A DNA stretch of 64,000 bases. Origin: Chrysomallon squamiferum (Eukaryota > Animalia > Mollusca). The notes beneath the pieces were generated by a model. The model was given only the letters and a program-made list of their open reading frames with translations. It made no database searches and was not told where the DNA came from. The stretch spans positions 11,780,001 to 11,844,000 of the forward strand of contig CM022665.1 in the NCBI GenBank assembly GCA_012295275.1, written 5' to 3'. Each line of letters begins with the position of its first letter. Within the stretch, counting starts at the first letter, position 1. Of the stretch, positions 28,467-42,036 are shown one piece after another. Made by a program: the position numbers and the translations under genes.

Positions 28467-29349
28467 CAATAAAATATATTTTTAATATTTCTCTTTGCAC
28501 TCCTTGCATGACAATAATAAACAAACATACATAATTATATATATAAACAGACGGACTGGCAGGAAAATAAATGGATAATCTGGCTGTCAAGTAAATAACT
28601 AGCAAGGTAAATAGTCCTTAGAAGAAGAAAAGAAAGATGGGCAGAGAGATGTAGGAAAGAAGCAAGATGGATAGGTACATACGAAAGAAAGAAAGACAAA
28701 CAGTCACAGAGGCACAGAGAGATTCAGATCGGCAGAGAAAACCATGAACAGATTTTTAAAACACGAATAAACATTTATATCATATAGAAAAGAAATAAAA
28801 AACCAACAAAAAAACCCCAGAACAATCAAAGAGATAGCTTCTGTCGTCTCGGCTTCAGTTTAGCGTGGACGTTCACGTTTCAGCTGATTTTAACAATGAC
28901 GTCGACGTCGGCATACACATTAGTTATGAAACATGATTTTTCATTTTCCCGCAGGCGTGATGATAATCAAAGAAGTGGATCGTGTTTTTGGTTACTTTAG
29001 AAAAGCATCATTATTTTAATTACGTCATGAATGAGAGATTAACAAAATATCTCTGAAATAAGAGTTAATTTTTATAATCTTTTGTGTTTTTTTTTTTCTT
29101 TTCCCTTTTCATATAGAATATAAAAAAATAACAATAATAATCATTAGATAAGCAGAATGATAGTGCATTTGTTTAATTATTATTAATAATTTTGGAGGGA
29201 GATATTTATTTAAATATTAAAATAGATTAGCAAATGTGGAATAAATAATTAAAATGATTATGCAGTGTAGTGATGATGATAATAAGTATATTAATTGTAT
29301 CAAAAGTAAATATACGCTTCCCATTCCAAATTATATGAGTGAAGTATTA

Positions 29350-29479
29350 TGTGTGTATGTATGTATGTATGTATGTATGTATGTATGTATGTATGTATGT
29401 ATGTATGTATGTATGTATGTATATGTATATGTAAATGCGTATATGTTTGTATGTGTATGCATCTGTGTGCATGTATATA

Positions 29480-29532
<53 letters not shown>

Positions 29533-29582
29533 GTCTGTCTGTCTGTCTGTGTGTGTGTGTGTGTGTTTGTGTGTGTATGTGT
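29350..29582. repeat. Compound microsatellite (GTAT)n-(CT)n-(CTGT)n-(GT)n
   Basis: Directly visible. Confidence 0.95.
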
Positions 29583-31356
29583 GGGCTTGTTTGGGGATTT
29601 ATGTATGTGTGCAAGCATACATGAAGTTATGTATTTCATTTTATGTGTACATGGGCATGTATATAATCATGGAAACAGGAATGAATGGATGGCTGCATGC
29701 ATGAATGCTTATACCAAAGCAGGTATGTATGTTAATTACTGTATGGATATATGTTTTCCTGTAGATATATATCTCAGAACATTTCAAATTTATTTATCTA
29801 AATAAACTGCTGTGATAAATGTGCCTGCTTTCTTTAATTATCTTATTTCGAAATACAAAGTATATCTTTTTGACTGTATTAATACTTCCTTGTTTTACAA
29901 AAGTCTTAAAAACACTTCATATATATACACTTTGTAATCAATAACGTATTAATAATTCACACTGATTCTTTATGCAAAAACCTTTCACGTAATCTGAAGA
30001 ACCACTAGAGTATATACCTTTTCATTGTTGGGACATATTTGAACGACAACAAATATTCGCAACTGGGTGTATGGTATTCTGTGGGTGTGTTAATGTAGAC
30101 AGGTTATAAAAACAAAATGGAATACGTTCTTCCACTGATTAAAAAGAAATTGTAAGAATGAAATCACTTGTTTTTCAACGACTAACCTTGACAGAACTGA
30201 TGTGTAAAAAAAATTCCAAATAAGAAGAAAAGTATAAGTTTCTGTACAGTAGAAATAAGCTTTGATGCTATATGGTTTCGCCTCTGAAATTTGTCTCAAA
30301 TGTAAATATGATTTTAATTTTGTTTTTATTATTATTGTTTTTTTTATGTTTAAGTGTGCGTGTATATGTGCTTGTGTGTGTGTGTGTGTGTTCTTATAAT
30401 ATGTGACAAACAATATATATATAAATATATACAATAAATGAATAAATAAATAAGAAATATCTTACCATCAAATACAATAATTTTAAATTCTGTTTTACCT
30501 TGAAAGCACGTAGAAAAAATAAAGCAATAAAAAGACAACAAAAAAAAAAATAAAAAAATAAAAAAAATAAAAAAAATACCACCGAATAAATTAAAAAAAT
30601 AATATTAATAATGACAACAACAACAGCAGCACCAACAACAACAATAATAATAATAATAGTAAAAATAATAAAATAAAATCAAATAAAATCAAATAATTAT
30701 TATCAGTGCTTTAAAGTAGTTTAATAAATTTTATAATGTATAATGTGTCAGTATGTAATAGAATTAATACTGTCCGGGTAATATATATATTTTTTTATAT
30801 AAAACGTACAGGAATAAATAAAATAAAATAAAACAAACAAAAGATAACATGTCGCTTTGCTTCCTTCTTAAAAATCCTAATACGATAAAAAATATAATCA
30901 AACATGACGATATCCGCAAATGGTGATAATGAGAAAGCAAATAATGATTTTCAAATGATAAAAACAACAATATATGTATTTTACTGACAAGATACATATG
31001 ATGCTATTTAGACGACAGATTAAAAGACTCCATATAAAAACAAATAAGCGTCCCTAGTTCAAGTCCAAATTGTGATTAATGGTGTTTAGTAACATATCTA
31101 AGTGTAATTTTGAGACCAGTTTTAAGTCAGTGCAAATGTCGTACGATGATAAAAGTTATTTGACGAGTAAAGGAGACTGAGAAAAAAAAAATTATATTAG
31201 AGAAAATGTTATGTAAAATTTGTTTATGGATTTAAGTCCAGGAAAATGAGCCAAATATACAATAATTATAAGTTAAGATTAAGGATCAGCGCCTAAAATA
31301 AACCTAAAAGGATAAATCATTGTCTCTGTTGACATAATCAATGTCAACGTCATGAT

Positions 31357-31396
<40 letters not shown>

Positions 31397-31470
31397 GTCG
31401 TCGTCATAGTCATCATCATCAACTTCTTCTTCTTCTTCTTTTTCTTTTTCTTCTTCTTCTTCTTCTTCTA

Positions 31471-31531
<61 letters not shown>

Positions 31532-31951
31532 TCTGTTGGCTTATTTATGTTATATGATAAAGTTTTCTACTGATGTGGTTTAAAAAAAAAAATTATATAT
31601 ATATAATTAGAGCAATCTTCTCAGAAGACTGATAAAAATAATAAATAATTTAATTTAAAACGTTGTGAACTCTTTATAATAATCGCTTCATATTTTTAAT
31701 TCCGCTGGCACTGGCGACGACAAACTTTCTAGGCATGCAGTACTTTTGATTCGATTTTTCCTTTCACCATAAAGAAATGCTACAAACCATTTCAATATGA
31801 AGTTTCGCTCTCGCCTGCCTTGTAGCCCGAGGCAAAGCAAGGCACACAAAATAAATGAAACAGTGAAACAGGTGCGAATCGATGTTGTATTTTCGCACCC
31901 AGCTATAACAGTCATTGAACGAGATAGGGTAATTCTGAATGGGAAAAGAAG

Positions 31952-31996
<45 letters not shown>

Positions 31997-32379
31997 AAAT
32001 TATTTAAAAAAAGGAGTTATATTTATGAATAAGATCGCGTAGTGTTGTGTATTGGGTATACAACACGAATAATTGAAGACATACATACAGGCTTTGCTTT
32101 CCCTTGCAGTGAATACATGCATAGTATTGCATTTCTTTGCAAAGTATTGTCAACGATGTAATCTGTTTCAGAGATAAGTGTAATGGACCACCAATATTTA
32201 TTTCCCCTGATACTGACATCATGTTTTTGACTGACAGCCCGATGAAATGGACAGACTTTCCCGCAAGTCATGGCAAAAATATGCTGAAAGGACGCGACGA
32301 CCAACTGTCGTGGATAAAAGACACCCGAGTACAGTTTCTTTCTTCTGTTTATTTTTATTCTGTTTTCCACTGACCGTAA

Positions 32380-32872
32380 CTGTCCAATTCAACTCAATGG
32401 GCAGTGTCTTCTGAAATGGGGCGGATTTTGTTACCGGTTCTGTATTTTTCAAAGCTGAAATCCTGACGTTTTTACAAGCTCTTGTTTAGAGTGGTCTGTT
32501 TGATTGGACCACTGATCGACAGGTCATAAAAAGCGCGGGGACAAAAAGTTCAAACAAATCGATTAGCGAAGAGGCGTGGCTTAGATAGCGCGAAGCAAAT
32601 CGCGAGCGATAAGAGGAACATTTGCATATGGAAGCGCCACCTCCGAGCTGAAGTATATTTACTTGGGTAAGGCGAGATTTGCTATAATTTTACCATTGCT
32701 CGCTGTGAAGTGTTCTGTGTCGCGATAGAGTCGTCGTATCTAGTGTTGTTAAAGAAAACTGTGCCGTACTCACATCAAGTACGGTTATTTTTTATTTATT
32801 TGTATTTATACATATATCTCTTTCACGCTGGATAGTTACGAATCGAAGCTGGAGTCGCCGTACCCCACCAGC
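32380..32872 (+). promoter_or_regulatory. Probable FoxA proximal promoter and 5' UTR
   Basis: CpG-rich block directly upstream of the ATG. Contains GC box GGGGCGG (32418), reverse CCAAT (32502), GGCGTGGC (32573), GATA words (32583, 32608), octamer ATTTGCAT (32620), Fox site TATTTAC (32656) and TATA-like words (32525, 32683). No ATG between 32641 and 32872. The TSS cannot be placed. Confidence 0.7.
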
Positions 32873-34195
32873 ATGCTGGCGGCGAAGTCGCCCTACGACA
32901 CCGCCAGCACCGGCAACTACAGCCACATGACAACAATGCCAAGCATCAGCAGCATGGGCTCCATGCCCATGGCAAACTACTCCCCCCAGGGGATGGCAGG
33001 CATGACAGGGATGGGATCTCTACCCCCGAGTATGAGTTCGATGGGAATGACAGCCATGGGGATGCACGGCTCCATGGGAACCATCAACAACATGAATTCT
33101 CTCAACAGCATGAGCACGATGGGCACCATGAACAACATGGGCAACGTCCCCATGAACGGAATGTCTAGTATGGGGTCGATGTCGCAGATGAACGGGATGG
33201 CCGGCCGGCAGATGGATCCGAACATCATGTCAATGGACCGAGCGAACGCTCTGAATCGAGCGAGAGACAAGACGTACAGACGAAGTTACACTCACGCGAA
33301 ACCGCCATACTCTTACATTTCGCTCATCACAATGGCAATCCAGCAGTCACCCAGTAAAATGTGTACACTCAGCGAGATATACCAGTTCATAATGGATTTA
33401 TTTCCTTTTTACAGACAGAACCAACAAAGGTGGCAGAATTCAATTCGACACAGTTTGTCGTTCAATGACTGTTTTGTTAAAGTTCCACGTACCCCTGACA
33501 GACCTGGTAAAGGAAGTTACTGGACTTTACACCCAGATTCGGGTAACATGTTTGAAAACGGGTGCTATTTGAGAAGACAAAAGCGTTTTAAATGTCCAAA
33601 GAAGGAATCGATGCGCGTGGTTGCGAGATCGTCGTCCGTACCCCCGAGCGGGCAGCAGAACGGACAGAACGCGTCAGATTCCACTCCCACGTCCACAGGA
33701 GACGGGTCGGGGATGTCAGCGCCAAACACCCCACCCCATTCCGTGGAACCTCCCTCTCAGGTGCAAGCCAAGACCGAACTCAACCAAACACCTCCCGATC
33801 TGAGCCATTCCCATCAACACCAGCACAACGCGCCAACTCCGCAACAACAACAACATCAGCAGCAGCAGCAGCAGCAACAACTTACGACGTGTTCGGCTGC
33901 GGAACTGACAAATGTGCGTCAACTACAACATCCTGGACTGCACGACATGAACCCGCAGGGACTTCATCTCGGGCCAGGTCAGTTGCCCTCTCACCATTCG
34001 TTTAATCATCCTTTTTCCATCAACAACCTTATGTCGGAAAGCAAACTGGACATGAAAATGTACGAAACCATGCAAAATTATGGAGCGTATGGTCAGATGT
34101 CGCCCCTGACAATGCCTAAAGAGTCGTCACCTCCGATGCAGGCAAACGATGGCAATTACTACAAATATGTGCCGCACTCAACGGCAAGTTTGTGA
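32873..34195 (+). CDS. FoxA: Forkhead box A (HNF3/fork head) transcription factor, 440 aa, uninterrupted CDS
   Basis: Complete FoxA-type forkhead domain ([22 protein letters not shown]...[53 protein letters not shown]). Also a Met/Ser/Gly-rich N-terminus, C-terminal region II ([10 protein letters not shown]), a short Tyr-containing tail, Kozak-like ccagcATG and a TGA stop. Confidence 0.98.
   Translation: MLAAKSPYDTASTGNYSHMTTMPSISSMGSMPMANYSPQGMAGMTGMGSLPPSMSSMGMTAMGMHGSMGTINNMNSLNSMSTMGTMNNMGNVPMNGMSSMGSMSQMNGMAGRQMDPNIMSMDRANALNRARDKTYRRSYTHAKPPYSYISLITMAIQQSPSKMCTLSEIYQFIMDLFPFYRQNQQRWQNSIRHSLSFNDCFVKVPRTPDRPGKGSYWTLHPDSGNMFENGCYLRRQKRFKCPKKESMRVVARSSSVPPSGQQNGQNASDSTPTSTGDGSGMSAPNTPPHSVEPPSQVQAKTELNQTPPDLSHSHQHQHNAPTPQQQQHQQQQQQQQLTTCSAAELTNVRQLQHPGLHDMNPQGLHLGPGQLPSHHSFNHPFSINNLMSESKLDMKMYETMQNYGAYGQMSPLTMPKESSPPMQANDGNYYKYVPHSTASL
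33269..33595 (+). other. Forkhead (winged-helix) DNA-binding domain of FoxA
   Basis: Translation [16 protein letters not shown]...RRQKRFKC; KPPYSY starts at 33299. Confidence 0.97.
33842..33880 (+). repeat. Coding CAA/CAG repeat, polyglutamine [13 protein letters not shown]
   Basis: caa x4, cat, cag x6, caa x2, in frame with FoxA. Confidence 0.9.
34013..34033 (+). other. eh1 (Groucho/TLE-binding) motif, FoxA conserved region II
   Basis: FSINNLM within [13 protein letters not shown] matches the FxIxxIL-type eh1 motif of FoxA proteins. Confidence 0.9.
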
Positions 34196-34271
34196 AACTT
34201 ATTATTTCTAAATTACGAACAATTTTTTTGTTATTATTATTATTATTATTTTTTGTCTTGTTTCGTTGTTG

Positions 34272-34304
<33 letters not shown>

Positions 34305-34571
34305 ATATATATATATATATAAATATATTGTGGAAAAGGTGTGAGATATGTGTTCCATTGGCTTTATTTTATTTTTAAATTAATTTTTGGGTTTCTATTT
34401 TTATTTATTTATTTTGTTTAGTTTTTTGTTGTTTTTTTCCACAGAAAGACTAAAAATTTAAAATAGCTAAAACCAAAGATTTTTTTTTTTCATATTCAAG
34501 GCCAAAAGCTGTCTCAAAAAAAAAAAAAAAAAAAAACCAGAAAAAAATCTGAAAAAGATAAGAAAAAAGTG

Positions 34572-34612
<41 letters not shown>

Positions 34613-34900
34613 TTTTTTTTTTTTAAATAAGTGATGGTTTACGTGAAATATCAAAAACAATTTAAAAAAAAAAATAAAATGAGTACATACATACATATTT
34701 CGCACTTTGTGTGCGCCCTGAGAGAGACTTAAATATGTTACTGTGTTCAGGACTATAGTCTGCATGCATTCTAGCTTTCTAAACGCTACGGGTTGTTTTA
34801 CGTTGTTCCGTACACTGACGCAAAAGAACTGAAATGACGGACAGATCAGAATTTCCATATAGTTTATATTGACGTGGAGGTAATTTAGTCATTTTTTAAT
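34196..34900 (+). other. Probable FoxA 3' UTR (end undefined)
   Basis: U/A-rich sequence after the stop with a complex block at 34680-34880. AATAAA occurs at ~34673 but inside an A run. Confidence 0.45.
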
Positions 34901-34990
34901 TTCATTTTGTTCTTTTTATGTTCTTATGTACAAATAGATAAATATTGTTTTAATTTTAAATTATTATATATATATATATGTATATGTATG

Positions 34991-35127
<137 letters not shown>

Positions 35128-35327
35128 GTATATAAAAACAAACCTAGTCCGTATTATTTCAGTTTAAACGGATATTTGAAAAGATGGATCATATTCCGAT
35201 TAGCTTTGACAATCAGTTCAGTAAATCTTCCAGTTATTGTTGCATTTTTATTTTTATTTTATTTTATTTTATTTTATTTACGTTTAATTATTAAGTTTAC
35301 TTATTTATTTATTTTTTTTTTTTCTTC

Positions 35328-35380
<53 letters not shown>

Positions 35381-35814
35381 GTCGTCGCAATGAGATTGAA
35401 AAATTGTGTAAAGCTCATATTGAGCGTATTGTAGATCATATCATGATGTTGTACATTTCTCATTTTTGTTGTCTCACAAAATTCAAAAAGAAATTTCTGT
35501 TTTACAGACACAAAAAAGTATATTAAATTTATTAATACGAAACAAATGATTTCAGTTATTTTTAATTTTATATGCTTTTTCATTATTTTATTTGCAAAAC
35601 TCGCGTTATGTTTCTCGTATACTGCACGGGCGCTAGCAAAACGAAGGTTAATTTTAAAATAATGTATTTACAGGTTATGGTTTATTTTGCATTCTTTTGT
35701 TTATTATTTAGTCGTAAAATAATTTATTTGTCATTCTTCCGAGCTTTGTTTTGATTTGCATTTGAGTTATATATTAGCCCCAAAAGATGGTTTTGTCTCA
35801 ATTAATTTTATTAC

Positions 35815-35815
<1 letters not shown>

Positions 35816-35887
<72 letters not shown>

Positions 35888-35980
35888 GTAATAGTAATAG
35901 TAATAATAAATAAAATAAATAAATAATAATAACAATAATAATAATAGTAATAATAAATAAATAAATAAATAAATAAATAA
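35816..35980. repeat. (TAA)n / (TAAA)n tract
   Basis: Directly visible. Confidence 0.9.
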
Positions 35981-36339
35981 TACTAAATCATGATAATAAT
36001 AACAAAATAATTGCTTTGTTATGAATATTTATTTATTTATTACTATTATGAAGTATTATTTATTACTTCTTAACTTTATTTAACAAATATTTCTTATAAG
36101 CATATCTGCGTTCATTTAATTTATTTTATCATCATAATCATCCCATCGTTCCACAACAACTATTATTATCAATGCTTTTCGTTGTTTTTATTATTATATT
36201 AATTTCACTCATCTTTTTAAAATAATAACATAGCAAGTAATGAATTAACCGCGCTAACAAATTACTTTTTAAATATCTTACAAATGCATAGAAATAACTG
36301 CTCGTAATACTAGTTCCTTGATAATGCTGAATAATAAAA

Positions 36340-36600
36340 AATAAACGTGGCAAAACAAAGCTAAGGCAAAAATCGGAGGCAGGATGTTTAGATCTCCAGG
36401 TAGGTGGTCAAATTGTGAATCTCGGGTTGTCGGGTAGCTGCTATCTTTTCGTGTGGGTTGCCAGGCAAACGAAGTCTGTCGCTGGCAAATCTCAGATAGC
36501 ATTGATAAATATTGATAAATGTTGGAAGTGACACACAAACAAACTGCTTTTAATCAACTCGAAATGTTTCCTTACTCCCAGCATGTTTTGTTCTCTGTTC
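36340..36600. promoter_or_regulatory. Candidate 3' enhancer of FoxA
   Basis: Complex island about 2.2 kb downstream of the gene, with Gli-like (36401) and RFX-like (36457) words. Confidence 0.35.
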
Positions 36601-38382
36601 ATTTCGAAATTCTTATTTTTTTTATTTATGATTTTTTTTTTTTTTCTTTTGTTCATAATTTAATTATTGCATGGCTTGATTTTATTTCTTGATTTTTGTT
36701 TGTTTGTTTGTTTGTTTTAAATAGTTGTTTTTTCCTTTTTTTTTTAACTGATTCATTTATTCTTCTTTGCAAATTTTTGGTTTTGTTTTAATTTTCCTTT
36801 TGTGCGTTTTCACTAACCCTTCTTTCTTAATTTTATTCATTTGTTGGGGGTTTATTTTAATTCTTTGTTTTGGGTGTGTAAATTTATTTAATTTTATAAA
36901 TTGTTTAATTAATTCTATTAATTTTAGATCTTTTTGTTTTATTATTTAAAAAAAAAAGAAAAGAAAAGAAATTCAAAAACAAAATAAAACCAAAAAACAC
37001 TGTTTTCTGAGCGAATCAAGATATAAACATTTTTTCCAAAACGGCGACCAAAAATTTACAAAGAAAACAAACAAAAGGAATTGTTTTTTGGAGAAAGGAT
37101 GGTTAAAAATGGTGGATATTTATTATTATTATTATTATTAATATTTTCAGTTTACTGAATGGTAACAAAACGTGAAGGGTGTTTCGTACGGACATTATTT
37201 ATTTATATAACAATCCGTGAATGTTTCATACGGACGTTATCGTTATCAATATGTTCTATTACAGCAAAACGTGAGAAATATTTCATTCGTTCATTTTGTT
37301 TTTCAGTAATTATATTCTGTCATAGCAAATCGTGAAATGTGTTTCACGCGGACATTTAAAAAAAAAAAATGATTATATTATATAAAAGTGTTGCGTGTTT
37401 AAAAAATATCAGATTGCAACGTAACTCTCAAGAAAAGAAAAGAAAAAAAGAAATACAATCTGCATCAAAAGGATTTTCACTGTTCAGCATTTATCACCAA
37501 ACCAAGGCGATACTCTTTGTAATAATAATAATAATTATTATTATATGGATATTTTCTCTGTGTGATTATCAGCTGTACTAACATATACACAACGTTTTAG
37601 CTGAGTCTCGCAACACCTGTAGTATTTTCAGGTGTCAACGAAATCATTAGTGTTAGATATACTAGCGAATAATGTTGATTCTGTAGACACAATAGGTGTA
37701 ATCTTTGTGTATTATTTATTCTCAGTCAGACCCCGCGCTGGGTTTCACGCATTTTCTCGCTGACACACAAATTGCATTATTATTTGTGGTGGGTTTTTCG
37801 AGAGGAAGATTTCAATGAAAACTTAAACAGGTATTTTGTTCAATTCGCTTATTCCACCCCCCCCCCCCACACACACCCACCCACCCGTGTGACGGTTTAT
37901 TAAGTACCTCGCCTGACGTGGTTTTCAAAACGGTTATAACGATCCAGGTACATACCGGGCATTTGGCCAAACAGTTATTTACAGAAGGTTAATGCGTGTG
38001 TTACAAATTTTTGAAATTTAGAAATTTACGTTGCAGTTTAAAAGTATGGAAATTTACGTTACAAATATAAAATTGGAAAATATACGTTACAAATTTAAAA
38101 TTCGAATTTTCACGTTACAAATTTAAGCCTTTATAATTATTTTATAAATTCAACATTTTGAAATTATGCTACAGATAATAATAATAATAATAAAAACAAC
38201 AATAGATAATAATAATTAGCAATAATGATGACGATGATGATAATAATGATATCTTTCTTTTATTATGTTTTAGTAATGTATAATTATATTTCAAACGTTT
38301 AGATTTTATTTGCAATATATTAATATAGCTTAATTTTTAATTTAAAATAATTTTATTAAGTCATTTCGAAAGACCTATTTTA

Positions 38383-38414
<32 letters not shown>

Positions 38415-38530
38415 TGATGATGATAATGATTATGATAATAATAATAATAATAATAATAATGATGATGATGATTATGATAATAATAATAATAATAATGATG
38501 ATGATGATGATGATAATGATGATGATTATG

Positions 38531-38565
<35 letters not shown>

Positions 38566-39458
38566 TGTTGATGATTAAAATCTTAAAAGAAAAAGACAAA
38601 AATATTTAATTTCTGAAATTAAATTAGTACTGAAATCCTTATGAACTTTAATATCTGCATTAAAATAACGCGTTTGAGTTAGCATAATGTTTGCAGAATA
38701 ATAAATTATATTAATTAATTTCGAGAGGTTTTAACTCGGCCATTTTTAATTTAGTAATCCAGGTCAAAACGCACATAAGAATCTTGAAATTTTGAAAAGA
38801 AATGAAGTCTTCAAACTCTGCGTTCACGTTTAATCACTGAAATAACGGTATTATTCAATTAGTATTTCTTTTTGTAACTTTCAAGTGTTAATGTATTATC
38901 CCATCACGGTATTAAATGAAAAACAAAAAACACGTGAACAAGGCTAAAATTAATTTCACGGCTTAACACGGGCATACAGTCTAGCCGTTTGAAAAATTGT
39001 TTTAATCCAGCGGCTTAATATTTGCAGACAATCTTGGCGTTTGACCTTTAGTCCGTTTATGTGTGATTTTAAAATTAGGACTACTTATTTTTGTCTTTGT
39101 GTTAGCTGTAGAAGACTTTGACAGCTGTTTGTTACTAGAAGCACGGAGTACCAGTTATAATTAAATACAGGTTTAATATTAAACATTTTACACTTAAGTA
39201 CAAAATCGTGAAGTTTTAAGGAAATAAAATAATAACACAAAATAAATGAATTTGTAAATATAATAATAACAAAATAAATAAATTTATAAATAAAATAAGA
39301 AGAAAATACATAAATTTGTAAATATAATAATAATAATAATCTAAATAAATTTATAAATAAAATAATAATAACAATATCAATAAAAATACAAATAACTCAT
39401 GAATAAACAAATTAAATCATATTAATAACAGCAACAAACAACAACAACAATGAAAATA

Positions 39459-39489
<31 letters not shown>

Positions 39490-39649
39490 TAAGGTTTAAA
39501 CTTGAAAGATACAAACAAAACAGGGACAACAAACATTTTTTTTTTTTCTTCTTCCATTTTTTTTTTTTTTTTTTCCTTTTCGTCTGTAAAGCTTTAAATT
39601 TTCTGGTTTTCTATTATACAGATAAATTGATGTTTTGAATAGTTTTAAT

Positions 39650-40930
39650 AATGGTGAACCCGAACGATAAGACGACCTTGTCTGAGCGCTGTGGGCACGC
39701 GAGAGCAATCTGTTTGTAACGCCTTTTCACGCTTGTAACAGCGGGCGCACCGAGGCGCGTAATAACACAAATTATTGTTATTTGGCGGCCCAAAACACCC
39801 TGTCTGTGAGACGGGAAGGGATGTTGGGACTCATCGAGGCAGAAAAATGAGTAGTTTGATTAACTCGTCGAGCAAGTAGCAGGAACTATTCGGAGCACAA
39901 TCACAGGCTTCCATTAGCTTCCTAAATATCTAATGACAACTGCAACAATCGGCCGTAATTTCGACTAAAACGATCTAGAATTAAGCCACAAAAGACGATT
40001 TTGTTAACGGTGATCTCGAACATATTATTTTATTGGGGCCTGTGAGAGAGGGTTAATTGTTTCCAGCACTCTCTGTAGTAACATCCGTCATGTCTTTTAT
40101 TTCGAAAGAAAAACAGAAAGGAAAAGAATTATATAATGCCTAGACTAAATGGAAAAAAGAAAAAAAAAAAAAAAAAAAAAAAAATTCTTTTGTAATACAT
40201 TTATGACTAACTCACTTTAAAACGTACTTTATAACTGATTACTTTCTTCTGTATAATTTTAAATAGAAACGATTACTTTTTTTTTTTTTTTTTTTTTTTA
40301 ATAATAAAATGAAAAAGACAGAGGGTTTTTTTTAAGGTTTTCACTCTGTTTCATCTTCATAAATATCACGGACTGTTTTTTTTGTTTTGTGTTTTTTTTC
40401 TTTTCTTTTCTTTCTTTTTTTTTTTCTGCGTCGATTTAATTTCCTCACCGTTTTCGGAAATGAACGCGGTATCGAACAGTAGCTGGCCCTGGGGTTTGTC
40501 AGCGGGGATCGCATCCCCAGTCGCCTCGAGCCCTCCCTATTATAGTGGAAGCAAAGATGCCAAGACTCGACATTTATCGTATGAATACCAAAAACACCAG
40601 AACTTGCAGTTCTCAATCAATCGAATGCGATCTGCGTCTAATAGTTACATTGAAAATGGTATAAAGTGCGGAGCTTGTCGACTACTCTCGTAATTCATTT
40701 TGAATTTCTCCCTTTATGTGACAGGATTGCATGAGTTAAAATAATGTAGCTGGCTCGCAGAAGGAGAAGTAGAACTCGATCAAAGATGTGCGAAATTTGA
40801 ACAAATTAGCTTCATGGAGTGTTTCAATATTTTCGAGTGGAGAGCCGAAGTGCGGTGCTCCCATTGCGCCGGGTGGAAAGTACCTTCGGGATACTTTCAA
40901 ATTCAAAATTAATGGGGATATAGCCTCGTT
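39650..40930. promoter_or_regulatory. Two candidate downstream cis-regulatory islands (39650-40100, 40420-40930)
   Basis: CpG-rich complex blocks with no credible ORF. TTCACGCTTG at 39726 and ATCAAAG at 40779. Confidence 0.35.
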
Positions 40931-40963
40931 CCTTTTCTTATTGAAAAAGGAATTTAAAAATAG

Positions 40964-41001
<38 letters not shown>

Positions 41002-41858
41002 AAAAAGAAAATCAGCTAAAATTAAGATTTCGTGTAAGACGATCAGGGTTTTTAAAAAATTATTTTGACGATAATCATCAGCAATTCAGTTTCTTTTCGT
41101 TTTCTAATTTTTTTAATTTTTAAAGACCGCGGTTAGAGTATTTGTTTCTCAATTTGAAAACTAAATCGTGTAAGAATGTGTCAACAGACGTGTTTTTTTA
41201 AAAACAAATTTATTAGTTAAACTCTGCAGGGGTTTTGTGGTTTAGAGAAAACAAATAGAAAATATTTCAACAGGGTCAAAGATTTTACTTCTTTTTTTTT
41301 TCATAAAATTTATCGTAGTGTTTATTTACAACAATAATTTTTTGAAATCAATTTAGCCTAGAATCTACACTGGTGCATATTCTATTTAGAAATATTTTAT
41401 TTTATTTATTTATTTACCATTATATAATGAATTTGAACTGAATTTGTATTATTTATTAAAATATCACCTGACAGTAAAACATGACATAATATTTTATTAA
41501 TATAAAATGATATTGTTGTCGAGCCTAATTAGGCTGATGAGACAAATAAACTTATTAATATATACACACACAAAAAACACTGATAACTACGTTCTTATTT
41601 AAAACAGTGACTGTAAGATTAAAATCAATATAATTTTCATAAAAATAAGAAAAACAAATAAACAGGTAATTAAAATGATACATTACCTGACTGCGTAATG
41701 TTTATTTATTTTAAGTATATATTTTAGTAATTAACATGTAAGTAGGTGAAATAATATTTCTTTATTACAAAGCAGAAAAGAAATGTAATTAAATACTGTC
41801 TCTCAGTATCTGGTGAATTAAACCTTTTTTTAAAAAAAATCACATTTACAAGATAGAA

Positions 41859-41902
<44 letters not shown>

Positions 41903-41982
41903 TAATAATAGTGATGATAATAGCAATAATTGCAATAATAATGATGATGATGATGATAATAATATCAACAATAATAATAACT

Positions 41983-42036
<54 letters not shown>

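Noticed and set aside
32977-34005. ORFs overlapping FoxA (32977..33270 -, 33592..34005 +, 33621..33803 +, 33716..33922 -)
   Set aside because: Shadow frames of a GC-rich CDS with no recognisable domain.
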